Below, one piece after another: positions 44,690-52,890 of a stretch of DNA of 64,000 bases. A program made the translations under genes and the position numbers. The notes beneath the pieces are model-generated. The model ran no database searches and was not told where the DNA came from. It worked only from the letters and a program-made list of their open reading frames with translations. How positions within the stretch are numbered: the first letter of the stretch is position 1; each line of letters opens with the position of its first letter. The stretch is from a virus: the IMG/VR virus record IMGVR_UViG_3300045988_111426; one strand, 5' to 3'.

Positions 44690-44761
44690 TACCCCAGCCA
44701 AGAATCGAACTTGGATTGTCGGTTTAGAAGACCGATGTTCTATCCATTGAACTACTAGGGC
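44690..44761 (-). tRNA. tRNA-Arg (anticodon UCU)
   Basis: Minus-strand read: GCCCTAG TA GTTC AATGGATA GAAC A TCGGT CTTCTAA ACCGA CAAT CCAAG TTCGATT CTTGG CTGGGGT A. It has a 7-bp acceptor stem (two G-U pairs), a 4-bp D stem, a 5-bp anticodon stem, anticodon loop CU-UCU-AA and a canonical T-loop. No CCA is encoded. Confidence 0.85.
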
Positions 44762-44767
44762 GTTCGG

Positions 44768-44808
44768 GGAGGTGAGGAAAACTCTCGGGAAGAATCTCCC
44801 TCACCTCC
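44768..44808 (-). terminator. hairpin between 44938..46680 and the tRNA
   Basis: GGAGGTGAGG / CCTCACCTCC 10-bp stem. Confidence 0.45.
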
Positions 44809-44937
44809 TTTGAGAATCAGTTTTATCTGACACTTCGTTTATCCATCGTTTTTATAATGGTGGAGAAGATGTCAGTTTCTGATGTTCCATTTCCCATTTC
44901 TCTCGTAAATCTTATGGATCTCGGAGATTCGTGGTTT

Positions 44938-46680
44938 TTATCTGTACATTGAGATATCGTAACCTCTCTCTTCAAGGAACGATATCACGAAGTTGATGTA
45001 GTTATCAACATCCTGCTCAATGAACCATTCCGATGTGGTAAATGAACAGAACGCATCAACATCCTCGTCGGTGAGATTCACGGAAAGCTGGTCATAAACG
45101 TCGGGGATTATCTGACAGATGTTGTAGATAACACTCGTTCGAAGCTGGTTTCTATCAACCCCTTCTTCTTCTTTGTTTGCATCAAGAGAAATTGAAGAAT
45201 CGACAAGGAGCTGGTTTATACCATAGCAGAACGAGAGATCTATCAGATTTTCCTGCAGATAAACTTCCGAGTTCGGTGCAATTCTGGCTTCTCTATAAAT
45301 TCTGTCGAGATCTGCAAGGAAATCTGTGTAAAGCTGAGGATCAAGATGCTCGGAAGCAAGTCTACGGAACTCTTCGGAATCAATGATTATACTTTCGTTG
45401 TACTTGAAATCACGGATTTCAGAAATTCCATAAGGATTCTTATCATCCGATGCGCACGTCGAAAGTGATCTGAAGTAGAGAATTGTGATCAGTATCACGA
45501 AATCACGATCTTTCTCCTGCTTGACAGTGTCTCCAAGTTCGTCGATGTACTCAAGGATGAACTTTCCATCTTCCCACTTCAAGATTGATCCGTTTGCAAG
45601 AGTATATTCTTTCCCGAGTTGGATCATGTCTTGAATATGTGCTTCGATGAACTCGTGGTCGTATTCAGAAGAAAGAATATCAGTGACGAGATCATTTTCC
45701 TTTGCACAATTCACGATGTCGTTACATTCGAAGACTTCCTCGAGATCCTCATCATTGATAACAAGAACCTTACGTGCTTCATCAATATGGAGCTTGATCG
45801 ACTTCTGATTTTCAAGTTTACAGAGAACGTGGTCTTCGGTGACTTCATAAACGACGATTTCGTCAAACTCTGAGAGGTACTTTGAATCAGAATCAACAAC
45901 GATGAATTTCCCAGGTTTCACGTCACTCAGACGAACGTCTCCGATGAGCTCATCATCTTCACCTTCTTCTTCCATGATTAACACGTCAGTGAACGTTTCG
46001 TGATACGTCTTGATGAGTTCTTCAACTTCTGCCTTGTTTTCAAGGGTGGATTCATTCTCATGGATGTCTACGTGAACCTCAAAGCCAGTTTCAGTATCTC
46101 CCGAGGATACAACGAAAGTGATGAAGTTGTCACCACTCGAGAGGAAATCTACGACAGGTTCGAATGCGCTTTTGTTTCGTTCGACGTACTCGTAGGTGAA
46201 GTAGAACTCGAAATCGATGTAATCAGAAAAAACATAAGTACCTTCTTCAATGTTAACAGATGAGTTTTCAAGTGATTCATTGATCTTTGCTTTATATGAT
46301 TCTTCAATGAAGGCAATACCTTGGTTTATCTTGCCCATCGAGGTTTTATCGAAAAGTCTTGTATTACCAACGACGAGGGTGTTATCTTCAACGATCTGTC
46401 GGAACGATTCATAGATCTTTGAAGAAATCTTTCTGTATCTGCGAAGATAGGTCTTGATGTCTTCGGGTTTGCTGATGTACTTCTTCTCGTTGATGATTTG
46501 GAGGGCATTCGACATGATGCCGTTTTTATCGAGTATATCTTGAACACGACGAGCGATCACAGATTCATTAACAGCGCCTGTGAGCATATCTCCTACCACT
46601 TCGTTGAGTTCTCGTTCAACATTGGGGAGATTCTCTTTTCTACAATGTTCGAAGATCTTTTGTATTTTTTCTTTAAACAT
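44938..46680 (-). CDS. acidic late protein, function unknown
   Basis: 580-aa ORF. Late-type box at 46710..46728 upstream and hairpin 44768..44808 downstream. Confidence 0.55.
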   Translation of the reverse strand: MFKEKIQKIFEHCRKENLPNVERELNEVVGDMLTGAVNESVIARRVQDILDKNGIMSNALQIINEKKYISKPEDIKTYLRRYRKISSKIYESFRQIVEDNTLVVGNTRLFDKTSMGKINQGIAFIEESYKAKINESLENSSVNIEEGTYVFSDYIDFEFYFTYEYVERNKSAFEPVVDFLSSGDNFITFVVSSGDTETGFEVHVDIHENESTLENKAEVEELIKTYHETFTDVLIMEEEGEDDELIGDVRLSDVKPGKFIVVDSDSKYLSEFDEIVVYEVTEDHVLCKLENQKSIKLHIDEARKVLVINDEDLEEVFECNDIVNCAKENDLVTDILSSEYDHEFIEAHIQDMIQLGKEYTLANGSILKWEDGKFILEYIDELGDTVKQEKDRDFVILITILYFRSLSTCASDDKNPYGISEIRDFKYNESIIIDSEEFRRLASEHLDPQLYTDFLADLDRIYREARIAPNSEVYLQENLIDLSFCYGINQLLVDSSISLDANKEEEGVDRNQLRTSVIYNICQIIPDVYDQLSVNLTDEDVDAFCSFTTSEWFIEQDVDNYINFVISFLEERGYDISMYR

Positions 46681-46709
46681 TTTCTTAATCCAGATTAATA
46701 TTTATTAAA

Positions 46710-46728
46710 ACGTTTTCTTATTTACAAG
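46710..46728 (-). promoter_or_regulatory. late-type box (CTTGTAAATAAGAAAACGT)
   Basis: Upstream of ATG 46680, just after terminator 46743..46776. Confidence 0.5.
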
Positions 46729-46742
46729 ACGGTGAAAACGTT

Positions 46743-46776
46743 GTGGGGAACGATCCCGAAATTGATCGTTCCCCAC
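46743..46776 (-). terminator. terminator after 46813..47697
   Basis: GTGGGGAACGATC / GATCGTTCCCCAC 13-bp stem. Confidence 0.6.
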
Positions 46777-46812
46777 TCGTCAACAACAAAAATGTTCAAC
46801 AACAAATCCGAA

Positions 46813-47697
46813 TTACAGTCTTTCGTAATTCTCACAAATAGACCCCCAAACCTTGTAGCGAGAGCCGTCAATGCCTTCGACTATCATAACTGGGGATGTT
46901 GAATAGACAAGATTTCGAAAATCTTCGATCTTCACAACTGATCGAAGATTCTCGAGTGATTCGTTTATGCTTTTTATGCTAAACTCTTTCTCTGATGAAT
47001 AAGTGTCCTTGAAAATTGAGCAAACTTCGCCATCTGGGTTTTCACAAACGTCTCTGAGTATTATCTCACGAGAGTTTCTTGGAGGTTCTGATCCATAAAG
47101 CGTTCTATAAATGTGATCGGCTTCATCTTTGGTGAGAGATTTTGCCCAATAGATGATTTCTTCTCTTGAGAGCGTTCCATTTTCATAGATCGATCTTTTA
47201 TATGATGCAAATGCAGCTTCATTGATCGATTTGTTATAAACACCGACTTCTTGAAGAACATCAATAATCACCGATGCAACAAAACCTGGGTTTTCGTATT
47301 CTACTTCAAGAAGATCTTGATAACTTACAGTTCCAAAGGTCGAGAACAGTGCTTCTGATATCTTCGTAAGGATGTGTTCATCGATGATGTAATAATTAAT
47401 CGATGAAATCTCAATAGGTTGAAGCACGGAATCCGTGAGAGCGAGGAATTCATCTTCAGTGATGATATCGGCTTCTTCAATATCTCCCACAACGCTGTCG
47501 AGAAGAGTGATGTCCTTTTCAGATAAATGGCTAATGTAGCTTGGATTTTCTGAGAGAAGATTAGACATGAAAGCCATCTTCTCATATTCTCCAGTTGTAA
47601 AGTGAGATGCGTATTCATCAATGCGACGACGAATACGTTCAGAATCTATGTTCTCGAAAATCGATCTTAATCTCTCAGATTTCTCGACCTTGTTCAT
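46813..47697 (-). CDS. late protein, function unknown
   Basis: 294-aa ORF. Late-type box at 47709..47726 upstream and terminator 46743..46776 downstream. Confidence 0.55.
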   Translation of the reverse strand: MNKVEKSERLRSIFENIDSERIRRRIDEYASHFTTGEYEKMAFMSNLLSENPSYISHLSEKDITLLDSVVGDIEEADIITEDEFLALTDSVLQPIEISSINYYIIDEHILTKISEALFSTFGTVSYQDLLEVEYENPGFVASVIIDVLQEVGVYNKSINEAAFASYKRSIYENGTLSREEIIYWAKSLTKDEADHIYRTLYGSEPPRNSREIILRDVCENPDGEVCSIFKDTYSSEKEFSIKSINESLENLRSVVKIEDFRNLVYSTSPVMIVEGIDGSRYKVWGSICENYERL

Positions 47698-47708
47698 GGG
47701 TTTAAAAA

Positions 47709-47726
47709 TGCTTTGTCTTATTTAAG
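47709..47726 (-). promoter_or_regulatory. late-type box (CTTAAATAAGACAAAGCA)
   Basis: 11 nt upstream of ATG 47697. Confidence 0.5.
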
Positions 47727-47731
47727 AAATA

Positions 47732-47805
47732 TGTCTTCCTTGCGCTCGAAGATATCTGAAGGTAGTTTTACCCCATCGAAACGATCTGAATACAAGGAAA
47801 GTACC
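47732..47805 (+). promoter_or_regulatory. cassette E8
   Basis: Degenerate left arm GTCTTCCTTGC (TTG 47740-47742), N20, TAGTTTTA 47763-47770, N22, CAAGGAAAGTACC 47793-47805. Confidence 0.5.
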
Positions 47806-47817
47806 TCTCTTTAAACA

Positions 47818-47853
47818 GAAAGAGGGTGACATCTTTCAATATCACCCTCTTTC
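47818..47853 (-). terminator. terminator after 47859..48020
   Basis: GAAAGAGGGTGA / TCACCCTCTTTC 12-bp stem. Confidence 0.6.
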
Positions 47854-47858
47854 TTTTG

Positions 47859-48020
47859 TTATTGTTCACCGAGAGACTTTGGTGTGAATGATTCGAACTT
47901 CGGCATCTGTTGCTCATACTCTTGTTGTTGTTGAGCTTCTCGCCTTAGTCTTTCTTCCTCTTCTTCCTCAAGTCTCTTTTTGTAAGCCAGTATCAGAGAT
48001 TGCAGTTCAACATATGGCAT
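47859..48020 (-). CDS. small Glu/Gln-rich protein (start uncertain)
   Basis: The track ORF 47859..48161 overlaps the upstream gene by 110 nt out of frame. The internal ATG at 48020 (MPYVELQSLILAYKKRLEEEEEERLRREAQQQQ...) removes the overlap. Terminator 47818..47853 follows. Confidence 0.35.
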   Translation of the reverse strand: MPYVELQSLILAYKKRLEEEEEERLRREAQQQQEYEQQMPKFESFTPKSLGEQ

Positions 48021-48051
48021 CTGATGAATCTCTGACCACGACAGTATCTTA

Positions 48052-49035
48052 TCAAAGATCAACCTGTGAACTATCTCCGAAAAGTTCTCCAATGATACTT
48101 TCATCAGAGAGTAGAGTTGACCACTCTGGAAATCGGACTGGTACCTTGTTCTCCTTTCCACACTTTGAGCAGTGTACTTCCATCATAGGATCAACACCAA
48201 CCTTGAGTGTCTTAGTGACATGAGTAGCGACCTTGTACTTGTCGACTGACCAACGCTTGATTTCTTCGAGTTTACGCTTGATGTACTTACCACTGTCGTC
48301 GATATCTCTCCAATCCTTGGTAATGTACATGATGATCGTAAGATCAGCAAGGTCGTAATAACCACCTTCACCTCTCTGCTTCTTGATTTCTGCTTCCTTG
48401 ATGTATTGGAAGATCTTCTCCGTCACACCAACAGTAGGCACGTAGATTTCAAGAGGAGATTCAAATTTCTCGTGATTAATAACGAATGATCTCTTTTCAT
48501 CATCATAGAACTTCATTATAGAATCGGGGATGCTGTAATAACCAAGATTCCCCTTTTCGATTTCTACCGAGATTTCCTCACCACAGCTGGGGCATGGAGA
48601 CTTGTGAGAAATCGTGGATTGGCGACCATCGGCAAGGAAAGTTCTCTCACGAACAGCAAAGAAGACAAAGATCTTGTCGAATTCGGAAAGATCTCTGTAA
48701 CTTACAGGATTTCCGTTCTTTGAGATTTTCACACAAACGTTGAAGAGCGTGGACATCTTGTCTTGAATGTCAAAGAAATCTTCATCGTTGATTGATGAGA
48801 AATGCTTGACTTCTTGAACATTTGCAGATTTTACAAGAACTTGAGTGCCCTTGTCATAGAAGAAAGACCTTGATGGTAATTCATCGGCAGGAATAGGCAC
48901 GAAGTTATGCTTCGTCACAAACTCTGATTCAAGCTGTTCTCTATCCATAGGTTTGAATCCACCAAAAGGTGTTCCTTCTGTCTCTCGGAGGAGGTTTTCT
49001 TTTGCTTTTTCTTCTAATTCGTCGTAGCTACTCAT
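48052..49035 (-). CDS. possible baseplate hub protein (gp26-like) with two zinc-ribbon CxxC pairs
   Basis: LPSRSFFYDKGTQVLVKSANVQEVKHFSSI recalls the LPSxGxxY...v.vr..t..ee block annotated as gp26 in T4-like phages. CPSCGEE and CSKCGKE pairs are present. Weak. Confidence 0.3.
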   Translation of the reverse strand: MSSYDELEEKAKENLLRETEGTPFGGFKPMDREQLESEFVTKHNFVPIPADELPSRSFFYDKGTQVLVKSANVQEVKHFSSINDEDFFDIQDKMSTLFNVCVKISKNGNPVSYRDLSEFDKIFVFFAVRERTFLADGRQSTISHKSPCPSCGEEISVEIEKGNLGYYSIPDSIMKFYDDEKRSFVINHEKFESPLEIYVPTVGVTEKIFQYIKEAEIKKQRGEGGYYDLADLTIIMYITKDWRDIDDSGKYIKRKLEEIKRWSVDKYKVATHVTKTLKVGVDPMMEVHCSKCGKENKVPVRFPEWSTLLSDESIIGELFGDSSQVDL

Positions 49036-49071
49036 TATACAAAAATGTTATATTCCACCTTTCTTATATCT

Positions 49072-52000
49072 TTACTCATTATCGAGATACTTCTCCATCT
49101 GCTTGTACATCTCTTCACCGTAGATCTTCTGGGCTTCAACCGAGATTTCGTTATCAAGAGAGAATCCGCCAGTTCTTGTTCTATCGGACATTTGCATTCT
49201 TTCGAGCATCTCTGAGATACCAGGTTTTACCCACGTCAAAGATATCTTCTTGAACTTCACACCGCTCTGTGGATCTACGAGATTTGATTCACGAGAGTAT
49301 TTGTCGATATAGTTAGGATTTTCGAATTCTACAACTATCGAGGTGTAAGATTGCTTGTTTGGAGCATATCCACAATCTGCGGAATACCCTTGTGTATAAC
49401 CAACACCTTTCTTGTAAAGTGATGTATAACCACTGAACTCAAGAAGTCTATCGTCAAATCGTACATTCCTAAATATGCGATTTGAATCAATATTCGCTTT
49501 TCTGTTCTGAATGACATCTTTGAGCATTGAACCATGAATAGATTCTCTTCCATCTCTGAACGGTGTCATGGACACTTTGCACATACCATCGGTGTAGAGA
49601 GTTGTATTATCAGAGAACATGATATCGGTCACTGGCATGAATATGGAAGGAATCAACATAGACATCGAGAACCCATATGATTCTTGTAGAGGAGTTTGAT
49701 CTGACAGTTTTACATTATGCACATGTGACTTCTTGTACACTGCATTATGACCTTTATTGCCACCCAGAACACGACCTGCCCATCCAATCATACTGTCCAA
49801 CATTATCCACTCGTCTAAGCATTCTGTAAGCTTTGAATTGAAGAGAATGGTTTTCAATGCCATGGATGAATCCGTACCTGGTTCATATGCATCGGTGTAA
49901 TAAACATGTCTTTGATATGCATAGAAATCACTCACAGACGGTTTCTTTACCTGCAATAATGAACATTCAACATAAATGTCCATGTGAACAACATCACCAA
50001 CAACTTTGAGGGAGAACATGTCGTTCGACAAGAGTTCCTGTGATTCATCAGTTACACTATGATCATTGATGAATGTCGTCATCACACAAGGTACGTGATT
50101 GAGAGATCTATCAGAGAATGGTGACAGTTTTACAATCGATCTCGTCTTGATAGGAGAGAACACAAACGCTGTCTTCCTCGACCGTCTATTCTGTTTTGAT
50201 TCGATATATGAATCGAACGTTTCACACTTAGTACCACCATTCACCAGAACTCTCTGGAATTTATCGGGGGTTATACGTTGCGAACCCGAATTCATACCTT
50301 CTGCTATCAAGTCCATGGCGTTCATATAATAGAAGTTTCTCTGAACTTCGTGAACAAAATCTTGATAAACTGCTGGTTTTATGTCTTCATATTCCAGAAG
50401 TCCACGACTACCATTTTGTGCATCATAGTGACCAATGAACGCCATAAATGATGTCGCATTGAGCATGAAGTTGTTCATAGAATTCCCACCAGGTTTTCTC
50501 TTTATTGGTCTACCTTCTGCATCATAGTTGATAATTGTCGAGAAAATGTTGCCTTCACCATAAGGAACCCCAGCACCTCTACGATTACCTGCGATATGAT
50601 TCTTTGTTTGATCACTAACATCTACTCTTACCTTGTCGAATATCGTCTTCTGATAAGTTGATACATCATTGATATCGTACTCGAAACATGACCAACCGTC
50701 TTGAATCTTGAAACCTACTGGTTTGAACTTGTCTCGTGTGTCATCATAGATCTCGTTGTGCAACTTCACGTAGTACGTCTTCACCTTCTTCTCAGATTCG
50801 AAAACGTACTTCTCAGATTGACTGATGAGGTTCGTCGATGGCTTCATCACGATAACGTTACCTGCTTTCTTCCAACCTTCGTCTTTGTTTTGAGAAGGGA
50901 AAGTTATCGTAGAATAGTCAATGTTACCACCACTAAGATTAAAAGCAGGGATTTTCACGTATTCTTCATAATCTGCGATCTTCCGAGATTTTACAGATTC
51001 AAGACTTATGGATTGACTGGAAAGTTTGCCATGTCCCCAAGCACCAATACCAATCAAAGTGTTCTTATCCGTTTCATGGGTATCGTAATGAGTATCTGCA
51101 AACGTATCAGTATCACCTATCGCAAATACACCGAACAATCTGTGCAGGGGAGAGTACTTGTTATGGAACACACCAGCATCACCCTTGATGAATGTTGAAA
51201 CGTAGACATTCGACGAAGACCCTTCACCAGTTTTTGAAAGAGTGTTAGTGGAAATCGTCATGTTCTTACCATCAGAAGGAGAGAACAGACCAAACCCAAG
51301 AGTACGAAGATCTAACTTCTGCTCTCGGACATCAACGAAGATATCTGAGAAGAGGGTGTTCGATTTTATACTCTTTCTATCAAGTTCACCAACTTTTGAA
51401 TTGGTATCAGAAATCCACTGACGAATGTAAGTGTCACCGATGCGGATATCACTTCCTGCATCAACAGTCAGAACAGTGTTGTCAGAAAGTGACATTGCAC
51501 CACTGACACCTTGTAACTTCTTCGTTTTGAGGATATCTGCCGAGAGTCCATTCCCAGATCCAATGGAAACCATAGTTCCACTGTTGGGAGAGATCGTGTT
51601 GGTCTTGATAGATGGGGCAGAGAACGTTTCATACTCAGTTGCCAAGACATCATTTCTCTCATTCGTATAAAGGATCGACTTTGAGAAATCGGCAATCATA
51701 GACTTTATGACAAACCGCTGACGATTGTCAATAACCACTGCTCTCTTGTTATGACGATCAATTACTGATAAGGTATGCGTGGAAATCGTAGAATGAGAAT
51801 CGTTGGTTCTTTTGTTTGTGAGAAGTTCTATGAATGGTTGATTTGTATCTTCACCATCGCTATTCTCAAGAGAGAATCTCAAGCGTTGACCAGTTACCAG
51901 TCCTTTCGATTTGTCATTCTCATAAAGATCAACGTATCTGGCCGATGCCCAATGACGTGGACTTACAAAGTCGAACGATTGCTGAGAATTCTTACGGAAG

Positions 52001-52848
52001 TACAGCCTTACTTGATCCTTTATATCGGAATCGACAGCATTGGCATCTGCAGTTAAAGTCTGAGGTATGTTTGCAATGGCCAGAGTTGGATCTCCATAAG
52101 CATGCTTCCCAATACCAAGACCAAATCTGTAATATCTCGTGCTGTTATTCGATTCCCCAGATGAAGGAATGAACTGACCAAGAAGTATACGATCGGCAGT
52201 TTGTAAAATATGGTCACGGACTGTAGAGTTTTCAATATCGGTGTTTATATGGAAAGCAGATCCACCTCCGCCAGTTGATCCACCTCCGCCTCCTCCAGTG
52301 CCTGGTGATGTTCCTCCACCACCACCTCCGCTCAGTGCTGAGTAGTTTATCTTTCTTGTAACAAATATCTCAGAATCAGTCACCGATTCGACAGTAAGCA
52401 GGTCACCATTTTTCGTGAATATAACATCACCCACACGATACTTCAGAAGTTCGATTCTTTCATTTTCCTTTTCTGGTGTATTGGGAATAGAAATCGAATA
52501 TGAGTTGTACTGTATTTCACGAAGGTCACTGGTGTTCATCTGTAGGAACTTGACGGACTGTGATGCTTGTACCACAGTGTTCCCATCACGCCCATCGCTA
52601 CCATCACGCCCAGGTTTACCGATCATCTTTATTCGTGATCCTTCAGCACCGAGAATTTCGGAATATTTCCCATCTGCTATGTTTCTAAGGATCAGAGTAG
52701 TCATGAAGTCCACAAGATCAGTTCTTTCATGCCTGAGTATCTGATCAAAGTTGTGGTTCAGTTTTTCTACAAGATTCAGTACAGAATCGTCTTGTTCTAT
52801 GCTGAACAGTGTCATATCTTGGATGTCAGTTCCGCTATATTTTCCCAT
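49072..52848 (-). CDS. large tail-fibre-like protein with collagen-like and Gly-rich tracts
   Basis: 1258 aa. N-terminus LNLVEKLNHNFDQI (fibre-type xLNxNF). GKPGRDGSDGRDGN Gly-X-Y triplets. GGGGGTSPGTGGGGGSTGGGGS linker. Late box at 52861..52878. Confidence 0.6.
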   Translation of the reverse strand: MGKYSGTDIQDMTLFSIEQDDSVLNLVEKLNHNFDQILRHERTDLVDFMTTLILRNIADGKYSEILGAEGSRIKMIGKPGRDGSDGRDGNTVVQASQSVKFLQMNTSDLREIQYNSYSISIPNTPEKENERIELLKYRVGDVIFTKNGDLLTVESVTDSEIFVTRKINYSALSGGGGGGTSPGTGGGGGGSTGGGGSAFHINTDIENSTVRDHILQTADRILLGQFIPSSGESNNSTRYYRFGLGIGKHAYGDPTLAIANIPQTLTADANAVDSDIKDQVRLYFRKNSQQSFDFVSPRHWASARYVDLYENDKSKGLVTGQRLRFSLENSDGEDTNQPFIELLTNKRTNDSHSTISTHTLSVIDRHNKRAVVIDNRQRFVIKSMIADFSKSILYTNERNDVLATEYETFSAPSIKTNTISPNSGTMVSIGSGNGLSADILKTKKLQGVSGAMSLSDNTVLTVDAGSDIRIGDTYIRQWISDTNSKVGELDRKSIKSNTLFSDIFVDVREQKLDLRTLGFGLFSPSDGKNMTISTNTLSKTGEGSSSNVYVSTFIKGDAGVFHNKYSPLHRLFGVFAIGDTDTFADTHYDTHETDKNTLIGIGAWGHGKLSSQSISLESVKSRKIADYEEYVKIPAFNLSGGNIDYSTITFPSQNKDEGWKKAGNVIVMKPSTNLISQSEKYVFESEKKVKTYYVKLHNEIYDDTRDKFKPVGFKIQDGWSCFEYDINDVSTYQKTIFDKVRVDVSDQTKNHIAGNRRGAGVPYGEGNIFSTIINYDAEGRPIKRKPGGNSMNNFMLNATSFMAFIGHYDAQNGSRGLLEYEDIKPAVYQDFVHEVQRNFYYMNAMDLIAEGMNSGSQRITPDKFQRVLVNGGTKCETFDSYIESKQNRRSRKTAFVFSPIKTRSIVKLSPFSDRSLNHVPCVMTTFINDHSVTDESQELLSNDMFSLKVVGDVVHMDIYVECSLLQVKKPSVSDFYAYQRHVYYTDAYEPGTDSSMALKTILFNSKLTECLDEWIMLDSMIGWAGRVLGGNKGHNAVYKKSHVHNVKLSDQTPLQESYGFSMSMLIPSIFMPVTDIMFSDNTTLYTDGMCKVSMTPFRDGRESIHGSMLKDVIQNRKANIDSNRIFRNVRFDDRLLEFSGYTSLYKKGVGYTQGYSADCGYAPNKQSYTSIVVEFENPNYIDKYSRESNLVDPQSGVKFKKISLTWVKPGISEMLERMQMSDRTRTGGFSLDNEISVEAQKIYGEEMYKQMEKYLDNE

Positions 52849-52860
52849 GCTTTTTCGGAG

Positions 52861-52878
52861 GATATTTGCTTATTTACC
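52861..52878 (-). promoter_or_regulatory. late-type box (GGTAAATAAGCAAATATC)
   Basis: 12 nt upstream of ATG 52848. Confidence 0.55.
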
Positions 52879-52890
52879 TTCCGAGAGCGG

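Noticed and set aside
47859-48161. The 110-nt out-of-frame overlap between 48052..49035 and 47859..48161 as a possible programmed frameshift.
   Set aside because: No slippery heptamer or downstream structure was noticed, and the gene is not in a chaperone/tape-measure context. An internal ATG at 48020 explains the small ORF without overlap. Unresolved but low priority.
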